From contig JAOUFO010000001.1 in assembly GCA_029858165.1 (NCBI GenBank), positions 1 through 29,789 of the forward strand: 29,789 bases of DNA, in the 5' to 3' direction. Numbering within the stretch: the stretch's first letter is position 1; every line of letters starts with the position of its first letter. The notes under the pieces were generated by a model. The model had not been told where the DNA came from and searched no databases. It worked only from the letters and a program-made list of their open reading frames with translations. A program made the position numbers and the translations under genes. Shown one piece after another: positions 1 to 8,386 of the stretch. Source of the stretch: Deltaproteobacteria bacterium (GTDB lineage: Bacteria > SAR324 > JACQKK01).

Positions 1-138
1 ACCTCTGCATAACTGCCAAAAGCTCCCGTTTTGATAAAAACGCGGGGGATTGGGGGCCGCAGGCCCCCAATCATATCAACCCCCTTCCCTTTGGGAAGGG
101 GGCAGGGGGATGGGAAAAAACGAGTTGCGCGGAGGCCT
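1..138. mobile_element. MITE/REP-like non-autonomous palindromic element (left end possibly cut by the window edge)
   Basis: Imperfect terminal inverted repeats 1-14 (acctctgcataact) and 123-136 (agttgcgcggaggc), 10/14 Watson-Crick plus 2 G-T. They enclose two perfect hairpins: gattgggggcc-gca-ggcccccaatc (48-72, 11-bp stem) and cccccttccc-ttt-gggaaggggg (80-102, 10-bp stem). Intergenic. A 28/31-identical copy of its left part lies at 26651-26681. Confidence 0.55.
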
Positions 139-185
139 CGTAATGTCTGGATAACCCATTCTTCCTCCCCAGGAGGCCTTATGTT

Positions 186-956
186 TCAGGGAATCAACTT
201 TCCCATAGATTGAATCCGGGATGCCCAGGGAGAAAAATCAAACCCCGATTTCCGGCTCAGAAGGGGTTCCTGTTCGGCCATTCGGGGTCGGTTGAGGGGG
301 GTGGGGCTTTTTCCCCCCAGTAAAATCACGTTGGCTCCGGTGCCGACAGAAATGGAATACAACCGGGGGAACACCGCCAGATGGCGGGACACCATCCATT
401 CCATTTTCAGCGGCTCCCCGCCCCAGATGTTGTTGATCAACCATCCGTCAGCAGTCAGCCGGTCCCGGATGTTGCCCAGGGTGGTCTGGTGTTCCATGGC
501 GGCGGCAGGCCCCTCAGCCAGATAGGCATCCAGAAAGATCAGATCAAAGGCATCCCGGCATTGGGAAAGATAATCCCCCCCATCGGCGGCCAGCACCTTC
601 AGCCGGGGATGGAGCGGAAGCCCAAAAAACCGGTAGGCGGTTTCAATCACCTCCGGGTCCAGTTCCACCACCACCTGCCAGGCCTGGGGGAAATTGCGAT
701 AAATGAATGCCGGAAGACTGCCTCCACCCAAGCCGATGTGGAGGATTCTGGCCGCCAGGGGATTGAGCAGCATTCCGGCGGCCATGGCCTGGGTGTAGGA
801 TAGAATCAGACTGTCGGGGTTGTTCAGATTTAACGCGCTTTGGACCACCCGGTTGCCAAAACGCAACTCCCGCCGTCCCCGTCTATCCACCACCTGGATG
901 GTGCGGCCCTTTTTTGTTCGCTCATAAAGTTTGTTTTCGGGGTGGATTATTCCCAT
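186..956 (-). CDS. Spermidine synthase-like class I SAM-dependent transferase (stand-alone)
   Basis: 256-aa ORF with N-terminal beta segment (RELRFGNRVVQSAL), SAM-binding motif ILHIGLGGGSL, VELDPEV, and DLIFLDAY. The substrate cannot be inferred. Confidence 0.85.
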   Translation of the reverse strand: MGIIHPENKLYERTKKGRTIQVVDRRGRRELRFGNRVVQSALNLNNPDSLILSYTQAMAAGMLLNPLAARILHIGLGGGSLPAFIYRNFPQAWQVVVELDPEVIETAYRFFGLPLHPRLKVLAADGGDYLSQCRDAFDLIFLDAYLAEGPAAAMEHQTTLGNIRDRLTADGWLINNIWGGEPLKMEWMVSRHLAVFPRLYSISVGTGANVILLGGKSPTPLNRPRMAEQEPLLSRKSGFDFSPWASRIQSMGKLIP

Positions 957-1022
957 ACTCTTATCATTCGGGGTTGTCCGTTTCAGTCAAAGCCACCTTA
1001 ACCAAATCCCAACCAAACCACC

Positions 1023-1649
1023 ATGGAAATACAGGGCCTGATAGAGTTTCATCGGATATCCTTTGTGGCCCTGGGAGGGGAAAGAATAGGCCCCATTCAG
1101 TGGACCATCGGCAAAGGGGACCGGATTTGGCTGGAGGCATCCCCGGAAGGGTATGAAGGAATTGTGCGGGTGCTGGCCGGGCAATGGGAGCGGACCGACG
1201 GCTTTTTTGCCGAAACGCGGCCGGTGGTCATCCAAAGTGATTTGTTGCTGGAAGAAAAAAGGGATGGGAACCGAACCATGGAGGAGGTTCTGCACTCAAA
1301 CCTGTTGCCCGAACTAATCCGCCTGGAGGATGGGCGCAAACCCCTGGCTGTGGTGATGGACCGGTTGGGAATCATCCCTGCCCATCAACGGCTCCCGGTC
1401 CGGTTTTACCCTCCGGAGGTGCGGGATAAATTCAGTGCATTGTTTTTTGTCGCATCCAGCGCCGATTTGTTGCTGGGCCAGCGGGTGTTTTTAACCCGGG
1501 ACCCGGCCATCCGCCGGGTGCTGGCCCAAAGGCTTGCGGTTTTTTCGGGAGCGGTGGTGATGGCCGTCGGGCCGGATCACCAGCCGGTTTCTTATCTTTC
1601 CAGGGCATGGCTTCAATCGGATGGGTCTTTTTCGGCGGGTGACCCTTAA
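1023..1649 (+). CDS. Hypothetical protein resembling a degenerate ABC nucleotide-binding domain
   Basis: 208-aa ATG ORF fills the gap divergent from the transferase. Layout (GLIEFHRISF...IGKGDRIWL...IVRVLAG...G...TMEE) follows the ABC NBD, but Walker A, LSGGQ and Walker B are not recognisable. Confidence 0.65.
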   Translation: MEIQGLIEFHRISFVALGGERIGPIQWTIGKGDRIWLEASPEGYEGIVRVLAGQWERTDGFFAETRPVVIQSDLLLEEKRDGNRTMEEVLHSNLLPELIRLEDGRKPLAVVMDRLGIIPAHQRLPVRFYPPEVRDKFSALFFVASSADLLLGQRVFLTRDPAIRRVLAQRLAVFSGAVVMAVGPDHQPVSYLSRAWLQSDGSFSAGDP

Positions 1650-1739
1650 AAAACCCGCTGCCCTGCCGGAACGTTGTTTTTACAATTTGCCTGAAGGTCA
1701 TTGACGGTTTGCCTTCTGTTCTCTTGACGGGATGGTCCC

Positions 1740-1768
1740 TTGACCTGGGCCGGGTGAATGGATACAGT
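1740..1768 (+). promoter_or_regulatory. Putative sigma70 promoter of the lolD-bamA operon
   Basis: TTGACC (1740-1745), 17-nt spacer, TACAGT (1763-1768), about 90 nt upstream of the likely lolD start. Confidence 0.6.
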
Positions 1769-1864
1769 TTTGAGATTGCGTTTTTTCTTGAAAAATCCCC
1801 CTCCGGGTCTGAAGAATGGCTTCGCCCCGGTTCCTCCGCAATTTTTTTTGGTGATTGGATGATC

Positions 1865-2572
1865 ATGGCCTCCTCCCCATTTATTCAGGCGACGGAGATC
1901 CATAAATCCTATCAGGATACCAAGGGCAATCAACTGAACATCCTTCGGGGGGTGGACCTGTCCGTGAAACAGGGAGAAACCGTATCCATCATGGGGGCCT
2001 CCGGGGCGGGAAAAAGCACCTTGCTACATCTGCTGGGGGCTTTGGATCAGCCGGATTCCGGGGTGGTTCAGGTGGACGGAATGGACCTTTCCACCCTAAC
2101 CCACGAAACCGGGGCGGCCTTTAGAAACGGCTCCATCGGTTTCGTTTTTCAGTTTCATCACCTGTTGAACGATTTTTCCGCAATGGAAAACGTGATGATC
2201 CCCAAATGGATCGGCACCGGCAGGACCGATGATTTCAAAGCGGAGGCCATGGCCCTGCTGGATGAGGTGGGACTGGCAGACCGGGCTCACCACAAGCCGG
2301 CTCAACTTTCCGGGGGAGAGCAGCAGCGGGTGGCCATTGCCAGGGCCATCGCCAACCGGCCCCCTATTCTTTTGGCCGATGAACCCACCGGAAATCTGGA
2401 TGAAGATACCGGAAGCCGGGTCCAGGAACTGCTGATCAAGCTGAACAAAAAACACAACCTAACACTCATCCTGGTTACCCATAACAGCCATTTCGCGGCC
2501 AGGATGGATCACCAGTATATTTTGGAGCACGGCAAGTTGCGTCCGGTAAATCCGCATGTTCATTATGCCTAG
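1865..2572 (+). CDS. lolD: Lipoprotein-releasing system ATP-binding protein LolD-like ABC ATPase
   Basis: Walker [11 protein letters not shown]-loop [10 protein letters not shown], signature LSGGEQQR, Walker [14 protein letters not shown]-switch LVTHN; lies directly upstream of bamA. Start moved from 1709 to ATG 1865 (1859 also possible), because homology begins at [11 protein letters not shown] and a promoter lies within the longer ORF. Confidence 0.88.
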   Translation: MASSPFIQATEIHKSYQDTKGNQLNILRGVDLSVKQGETVSIMGASGAGKSTLLHLLGALDQPDSGVVQVDGMDLSTLTHETGAAFRNGSIGFVFQFHHLLNDFSAMENVMIPKWIGTGRTDDFKAEAMALLDEVGLADRAHHKPAQLSGGEQQRVAIARAIANRPPILLADEPTGNLDEDTGSRVQELLIKLNKKHNLTLILVTHNSHFAARMDHQYILEHGKLRPVNPHVHYA

Positions 2573-5030
2573 GCCGCCTATCATGTTTTTAGCGTTGGCC
2601 CTGGGGCAAGCACCTTTTTCCCTTCCCGCCTTTTTCCGCAGGGCTGTCACGCGGTGGCCCGTCCTGTGGATGGCCCCCATCCTGATGTCGGTTTGTGCCC
2701 ATTCCTCCCTGGCCCAGAATCCATCCAAAGGCGTTGAAAAAATCGTCTCCAGAATTGATATTCAGGGAGACCTGACCATTGAACGGGGGATGATTGTATC
2801 CGGTCTGGCCACCCGGGTGGGGGATCCCCTCCAAATGGAAACCGTAACCCAGGATATTAAAAATATATTTTCCCTGGGCTACTTTCAGAACGTGGTGGCG
2901 GAGGTGGAGGAATTGGGGAGCGGAAAGGTGGTCCTGGTGTTCAGCCTGGAGGAAAAACCCCATATCGCCTGGATAGAGGTAAAAGACAACACCCGCATCA
3001 GCAAGGAAAAACTAAGCGAACTGGTGACTCTCAGAATTGGGGGGATTTACAATCGGGACGAGGTGGAAACCAGCCTGGAAAACATCCGCACCTGGTACCG
3101 CAAAGAGGGGTTTTTAAAAACCACCATTTCCGCGGATACCAAGGAGGTTTCGGCCACCGGACTGGGGGTGGTTTTTCAAATCACGGAATCCCCCAAAATA
3201 TACCTGTCGGATATCCGCATCACGGGGACCCATGTGTACACCCCGGTGGAAGTGCGCCGACTGATGGAAAGTGCCGAGGTGGATTGTTTCAACTGGGCCA
3301 ACAATTCCGGCAAAGTGGATGAAATGATGATCAACCAGGACCTTCAGGCCATTGCCGCCGAATACCTGGGTCACGGCTACATCAAGGTTTTTATTGATAA
3401 ACCCCGGATGACGCTGTTCAACAATCCTGAATTTACCAAGGTCAAGGTGGTCCTGGATATTCGGGAAGGAGACCAGTACTTTACCGGGGAGGTGGATATC
3501 CAGGGGGATATTCTGGGGGATAAAGATGAGTTGTTGGAACAAATTCCCCTGAAAACCGGGGATGTGTTCAACCCTTTTTTGCAGAATCAGGGGATGTACC
3601 GGCTGAAAAACCTGTATGGGGAGCAGGGGTACGCTTTCGCAAGCGTGGTGCCTCAGATGCGGGTGGATGAGGAAAAAAAGATTGTTCACCTGAACTACCA
3701 AATATCCAAGGGTGAAAAAGCCTATATCGGCCGGATAGAAATAAAGGGCAACAAGGAGACCAGGGATTATGTGGTCCGCAGGGAGTTTACCATCCACGAA
3801 CAGGAACTCTACAACGGGGCCAAACTTCAGGATTCCATCAACTCCCTTCAGTCTCTGGGGTACTTCAAGCCGTCTTTTCATGTGGAAAAAGAGCCCACCG
3901 ATGTCAACAATGAAATGAACATCGGGGCGTATATTGAAGAAGCGCAGACCGGATCCCTGCAAGCCCAAATAGGGTACAGCGACCAAAGCCGTCTCAGCAC
4001 CTCCATCGGGGTCAGCAAGGGCAACCTGTTCGGGCGGGGCCAGACCATCCGCCTGAAAGCCGATGTCAGTGAGCGGGGGGTTCGCCGGTCCGTGACCGCC
4101 GATTTCATTGAGCCTCACCTGTTTGAAACCGATTGGTCCAGTGACACATCCGCCAGCCATTACGCCATTGAGGATTTTACCGAGATCAACCGGGGATTGT
4201 ATTATGAAAACCGGGGGTCCCAGGGTTTCGGCTACAAGTTTTTCCGCAATTGGACCCTCGGGTTCACCTATTCCGGAGTCAACCGGGATTTCAGCAACCC
4301 CTCCACTCCATCGGTCTTTTTACGATCGGTCACCACCGGATTGTCCAGAGATACAGTCAACCATCCTTCCTTCCCCTCTGACGGGTCCAACACCGGAATT
4401 TCAGTCACCCAAACCGGCGGAGGGGTGCTGGAGGGAACCCATGAATACCGCACATTCCGGTTCAACTGGAGAAATTTCACCAGTCTGACCGATTCAGGGT
4501 CGGTGATTTTGATGGCCAAATTCGGGTTGAGTCTGCTGGAAAATCAGGGAGAAAAAAGGATTCCCCTGGAAGAACGGTTCCGCATCGGGGGGATCACCTC
4601 CCTCAGGGGGTATGATTATGCAGAAATCGGGGGGCCTTACGGAACCTTGTACCGCAAACTGAACCGGGGGCTGGCCCCCACTTTTTCGGACACGCGAACG
4701 GCAAATCTCACAACGGCCGAAATCGCCGAACTGGAAGGGGGGGGCATTATGCAGCGGACCTTCACCATGGAAATGTTGTTTCCCCTGGCCGGGCAGAGCA
4801 TCCGCGGGGTGTTGTTTTACGATGCGGGTCAGGTAAACGCCGAACCCCGCCAGTACGAACTGCTTCATGAGAAACAGCCGGCCTTCCTGGATATGTTCCA
4901 AAGCTATGGGGGAGGGGTTCGGATGATCACCCCCATGGGGGTGTTGCGGTTTGAGTACGGGATCAAAATCAAGCCCCTGCCCGGAGACTCCCCCGGCAAG
5001 TTTGATTTTAACATTAGCACCCTGTTTTAG
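2556..5030 (+). CDS. bamA: Outer membrane protein assembly factor BamA
   Basis: Signal-peptide-like segment ending SSLA-Q, five POTRA-like repeats (e.g. IGRIEIKGNKETRDYVVRRE), barrel start GSLQAQIGYS...KGNLFGRGQ, loop-6 motif LRGY, C-terminal FDFNISTLF. Exact start uncertain (2556, 2565 or 2583). Confidence 0.96.
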   Translation: MFIMPRPPIMFLALALGQAPFSLPAFFRRAVTRWPVLWMAPILMSVCAHSSLAQNPSKGVEKIVSRIDIQGDLTIERGMIVSGLATRVGDPLQMETVTQDIKNIFSLGYFQNVVAEVEELGSGKVVLVFSLEEKPHIAWIEVKDNTRISKEKLSELVTLRIGGIYNRDEVETSLENIRTWYRKEGFLKTTISADTKEVSATGLGVVFQITESPKIYLSDIRITGTHVYTPVEVRRLMESAEVDCFNWANNSGKVDEMMINQDLQAIAAEYLGHGYIKVFIDKPRMTLFNNPEFTKVKVVLDIREGDQYFTGEVDIQGDILGDKDELLEQIPLKTGDVFNPFLQNQGMYRLKNLYGEQGYAFASVVPQMRVDEEKKIVHLNYQISKGEKAYIGRIEIKGNKETRDYVVRREFTIHEQELYNGAKLQDSINSLQSLGYFKPSFHVEKEPTDVNNEMNIGAYIEEAQTGSLQAQIGYSDQSRLSTSIGVSKGNLFGRGQTIRLKADVSERGVRRSVTADFIEPHLFETDWSSDTSASHYAIEDFTEINRGLYYENRGSQGFGYKFFRNWTLGFTYSGVNRDFSNPSTPSVFLRSVTTGLSRDTVNHPSFPSDGSNTGISVTQTGGGVLEGTHEYRTFRFNWRNFTSLTDSGSVILMAKFGLSLLENQGEKRIPLEERFRIGGITSLRGYDYAEIGGPYGTLYRKLNRGLAPTFSDTRTANLTTAEIAELEGGGIMQRTFTMEMLFPLAGQSIRGVLFYDAGQVNAEPRQYELLHEKQPAFLDMFQSYGGGVRMITPMGVLRFEYGIKIKPLPGDSPGKFDFNISTLF

Positions 5031-5157
5031 TTGTGATAAGGTGGCTCAACAAGCAACCGCCGCCAGACAGTCTTAAATCAATTGCCAAAAATGAAACTTT
5101 TGGCGCAGTCCCTGTTTTTTACTGAGAAACAACCCAACCATTTTTATGGAACATGCC

Positions 5158-5694
5158 ATGAAAACCCACAAACTGGTTTTATTTTTTGTTTTCGCATTCC
5201 TTCCCCTTTTTTCCGCATTTCCGTTGAACACCGCCCATGGGGCACCCAATAACCTGAAAATAGCGGTGGTGGACCTGAACCAGGCACTAAACGAATCCAC
5301 CCAGGGGAAAAAATCCAAAAAAGGGTTGATGGCTGATAAAGAAAAAATGCAGAAGAGACTGAAGACAGATGAGGAAAGCCTGAAAAAACTGGCCGGAGAA
5401 CTCTCCAACATGATGTTGAGCAAAGAGGTCCGGGCCAAGAAGGAAGAAGAGGTTCGCGAACGGGACCAAAAACTGCGCAAAGCAGTCCAGGAGGCCCAGC
5501 AGGAACTGATGGAAAAAGAACGAAAAGCCACCAACGAAATTTTCAATCAATTGAAAAAAGTGATTGAAAAAATCGCCGCGAAAGAAGATTTTGACATGGT
5601 TTTGGAAAAGGGTGCCTCCCAGGTGATCCTTTATTCCAGCTTTCATTTTCAGGACATCACCCCCAAGGTGATTCAAGCCTATGATGCCCAATAG
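5158..5694 (+). CDS. skp: OmpH/Skp family periplasmic chaperone
   Basis: Signal peptide, KIAVVDLNQAL motif, long coiled-coil, C-terminal DMVLEK...DITPKV; follows bamA. Start 5158 preferred over 5146. Confidence 0.93.
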   Translation: MKTHKLVLFFVFAFLPLFSAFPLNTAHGAPNNLKIAVVDLNQALNESTQGKKSKKGLMADKEKMQKRLKTDEESLKKLAGELSNMMLSKEVRAKKEEEVRERDQKLRKAVQEAQQELMEKERKATNEIFNQLKKVIEKIAAKEDFDMVLEKGASQVILYSSFHFQDITPKVIQAYDAQ

Positions 5695-5743
5695 GGTGCG
5701 GTCCCCTTATTTTGGCAAGCCTTAAGACCCAGGAGAATTCGGC

Positions 5744-6181
5744 ATGATGAACATTGAGCAAATCAGGGAAATCCTGCCCCACCGCTACCCCTTTCTGCTG
5801 GTGGACAAAGTGCTGGAACTGGACCCCGGGAAATGGTGCAAAGCAGTCAAAAACGTCACCATCAACGAGCCTTTTTTTCAGGGACACTTTCCCGGTTATC
5901 CGTTGATGCCAGGGGTGTTGAGTGTGGAGGCCCTGGCCCAAACCTCCGGAATCGTGGCTCAATCGGCCAACCCGGAACAAAGGGGGGGGCTGATGGTGTT
6001 TGCCGGTATAGACAAAGTGCGGTTCAAAATTCCCGTGGTGCCCGGAGATCAGTTGATTCTGGAATCCAGACTGCTTTCCAACAAACGAACCCTTTGGATT
6101 TTTGAAGTCCAGGCCACCGTGGATGGCAAGGTGGCCACCCAGGGCGAAATCAAAATGGTTTCCGTAGACCGCACCCTTTAA
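5744..6181 (+). CDS. fabZ: 3-hydroxyacyl-ACP dehydratase FabZ
   Basis: [44 protein letters not shown] motifs; RBS-like AGGAG upstream. Confidence 0.97.
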   Translation: MMNIEQIREILPHRYPFLLVDKVLELDPGKWCKAVKNVTINEPFFQGHFPGYPLMPGVLSVEALAQTSGIVAQSANPEQRGGLMVFAGIDKVRFKIPVVPGDQLILESRLLSNKRTLWIFEVQATVDGKVATQGEIKMVSVDRTL

Positions 6182-6198
6182 ATTTTCCCGGTGATTTC

Positions 6199-7146
6199 AT
6201 GCAAACCATACGCACCGCGGTCATCGGCGTGGGTTACTTAGGCCGCTTCCACGCCCAAAAATACAAAACCCTGCCCCAAAGCCAATTGATGGGGGTGGTG
6301 GATATCCATCCTGACCGCGCCCGCCAGGTGGGGGAGGAATTGGGGGTGGAATCCTATACCGGACTGGCGGACATCCTGCCTCAGGTGGATGCCGTCAGCA
6401 TTGCCGCCACCACTTCGCTGCATTACGCCCTGGGGATGGAATGCCTTAAGGCGGGCAAACATGTGTTGATGGAAAAGCCCATGGCCTCCACATCCGGTGA
6501 GGCTGCCGAACTGGCCTTTTTGGCCGAAGCAAACTCTCTGGTGTTGCAGGTGGGTTTTTTAGAACGGTTCAATCCGGCTTTCCAGGCATCTCTGCCTTTT
6601 ATATCCAACCCCCAGTTTATAGAAACCATCCGCATCTCCCCCTTCAAGGAGCGGGGCCATGATGTGGATGTGGTTTTGGACCTGATGATCCATGACCTGG
6701 ACCTCATATTTTCCCTGGTGACCTCTCCCTTAAAGGGATTGCATGCGGTGGGCACCCATCTGATGACGGAGCAGACCGATCTGGCCAATGTGCGGCTGAT
6801 GTTTGAAAACGGTGCCGTGGCGGATATCACCTCCAGCCGGATTTCCAACAAGGCCGAAAGAAAATTTCGGGTGTTCCAAAGCAACCGGTATGTATCCATG
6901 GACCTGTCGGCCCCATCGGCCAGGGTTTATTCGGCGGACCGCACCCCCGGCCCCACCGGCGGACCGACCGTGACCGAGGAATCCCTGCCGCTGGAAAAAG
7001 GGGATGCCCTGCTGGCGGAAATCACTTCTTTTCTGGCCGCGATTCAGAACAAAACCCCTCCGGTGGTTTCCGGCCGGGATGGGGTCCACACCATGGAGGT
7101 TGCCGAGCGGATCATCGCCGACATCGCACACAACCGGCTGCCATGA
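6199..7146 (+). CDS. Gfo/Idh/MocA family NAD-dependent oxidoreductase (GnnA-like)
   Basis: Rossmann motif VIGVGYLG, EKPM, VGFLERFNPA, DVVLDLMIHDLD. Its position in the lipid A gene neighbourhood suggests a GnnA-type UDP-GlcNAc 3-dehydrogenase (inference). Confidence 0.9.
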   Translation: MQTIRTAVIGVGYLGRFHAQKYKTLPQSQLMGVVDIHPDRARQVGEELGVESYTGLADILPQVDAVSIAATTSLHYALGMECLKAGKHVLMEKPMASTSGEAAELAFLAEANSLVLQVGFLERFNPAFQASLPFISNPQFIETIRISPFKERGHDVDVVLDLMIHDLDLIFSLVTSPLKGLHAVGTHLMTEQTDLANVRLMFENGAVADITSSRISNKAERKFRVFQSNRYVSMDLSAPSARVYSADRTPGPTGGPTVTEESLPLEKGDALLAEITSFLAAIQNKTPPVVSGRDGVHTMEVAERIIADIAHNRLP

Positions 7147-8243
7147 TTTATTACAGGGCCATCCTGTCAGAGCTTTCCCGTCCCTTTTTGATGACATTCG
7201 GGGTCATCAGTTTTTTGTTGCTGATGGGGAAAATCCAAAGGATGGTCACCTGGATGGTGGACAAGCGGCTGGATGTGGATGAAGTGATGTTGATGTTCGT
7301 TTATCTGCTGCCTTCCACCTTTTCGTTTACCATTCCCCTGGGGGTGCTGGGGGCGGTGTTCATGGTGGTCATCCGCCATTCGCTGGATTCGGAACTGATT
7401 TCCTACCAGGCCGCCGGCCTCAGCCTGCGCCAATATTCCAAACCGTTTGTCACCTTCGGTTGGACCACCGCTTTCATCACCCTGTTTCTCACCCTGCTGG
7501 TTCAGCCCCTGTTTAACCGGAAGTTCCTGGAACTCCAGGTGCAGATTATCAAATCCCACGCCGAAGACAGCCTGATTCCGGGGGAGTTCAACTATGATTT
7601 CGGCGGCAAGGTCATCCGCATTCAGGACCGCAACCAGGCGGGAGAGTTTGTCAGTGTGTTTTTGGCCGACCGGGAGTTAAACAACGGGTCATCCGTCATC
7701 ATGGCGGACCGGGGCAACATCGCCGTGGATGAGGGATTTAAAAAAGTGATTTTCAAATTGCAGGGGGGAACCATATACACCCCTCAAAAAGAAGCCGGTC
7801 AGCTGGTCACCACCCATTTTGATTCCCTGGATTATGTTTTGACCCTTCCCACCTCCCTCAATGTGGATACGGAGGAGGTGGAACTCAACTGGACCATCCC
7901 CACCTGGGAACTGGTCCGGCAGGTCTCCCGCCTGGATTCGGGGGATGTTTACAACTACACCCCCCTGGCCTTTGAATTGTTCAACCGTCTGACGGTCCCC
8001 TGGATTTGTCTGGCCTTCGCCCTGGCCGCCATCCCCCTGGCTGTGGTGGACCCCCGCTCCGGCAGATCAGGTGGGTACCTGAGGGCTATTTTTCTGGTCA
8101 TGGTGTATTACCTGTTGTGGATCGGTTGCCGGGACCTTATTTTAGCGGCCAAAGCCCCCGGATTGTTGCTGTTTTCCCCCGCTGTGGCCATTTGGGTTTA
8201 TGGCTGGCGGCGGTTGAAAAAAATGGACCGTCAGGTGGGTTGA
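7143..8243 (+). CDS. lptF: LPS export ABC transporter permease LptF/LptG family (LptF-like)
   Basis: 3 TM + periplasmic beta-jellyroll + 3 TM layout; DSELISYQAAGLSL and ELFNRLTVPWICLAFAL motifs; ATGA overlap with the upstream gene. Confidence 0.88.
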   Translation: MIYYRAILSELSRPFLMTFGVISFLLLMGKIQRMVTWMVDKRLDVDEVMLMFVYLLPSTFSFTIPLGVLGAVFMVVIRHSLDSELISYQAAGLSLRQYSKPFVTFGWTTAFITLFLTLLVQPLFNRKFLELQVQIIKSHAEDSLIPGEFNYDFGGKVIRIQDRNQAGEFVSVFLADRELNNGSSVIMADRGNIAVDEGFKKVIFKLQGGTIYTPQKEAGQLVTTHFDSLDYVLTLPTSLNVDTEEVELNWTIPTWELVRQVSRLDSGDVYNYTPLAFELFNRLTVPWICLAFALAAIPLAVVDPRSGRSGGYLRAIFLVMVYYLLWIGCRDLILAAKAPGLLLFSPAVAIWVYGWRRLKKMDRQVG

Positions 8244-8386
8244 CCGCCCCCCCCGCTGCCACCCCTGCGGATTTAAGCGTATATTCAGATAGACAACCCG
8301 TTTGAAAATCCGTCGGGCTTGCGGGTAAACCCGCCCCCTGGGCACTGCAACAGACTTGCTGGATGGACTGATTGAAGCCGCTCCCC

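Noticed and set aside
31-213. 60-aa ORF at the left edge
   Set aside because: It is a translation of the palindromic repeat element and overlaps the 3' end of the transferase gene.
1709-1864. N-terminal extensions proposed by the ORF track for lolD, the phosphatase (to 15181), sseA (to 16043), the zinc-ribbon gene (to 13873), 23481, 24748, rpmG (27325) and secE (27691)
   Set aside because: The extensions overlap promoters, tRNAs or neighbouring genes and lack family similarity; downstream starts with an RBS or the homology onset fit better.
3114-4160. 348-aa antisense ORF inside bamA (likewise 15997-17352, 10325-11122, 11681-12622, 23763-24668, 25410-26162, 27946-28647)
   Set aside because: These shadow ORFs lie opposite well-supported genes, as expected in GC-rich DNA with strong codon bias, and show no recognisable motifs.
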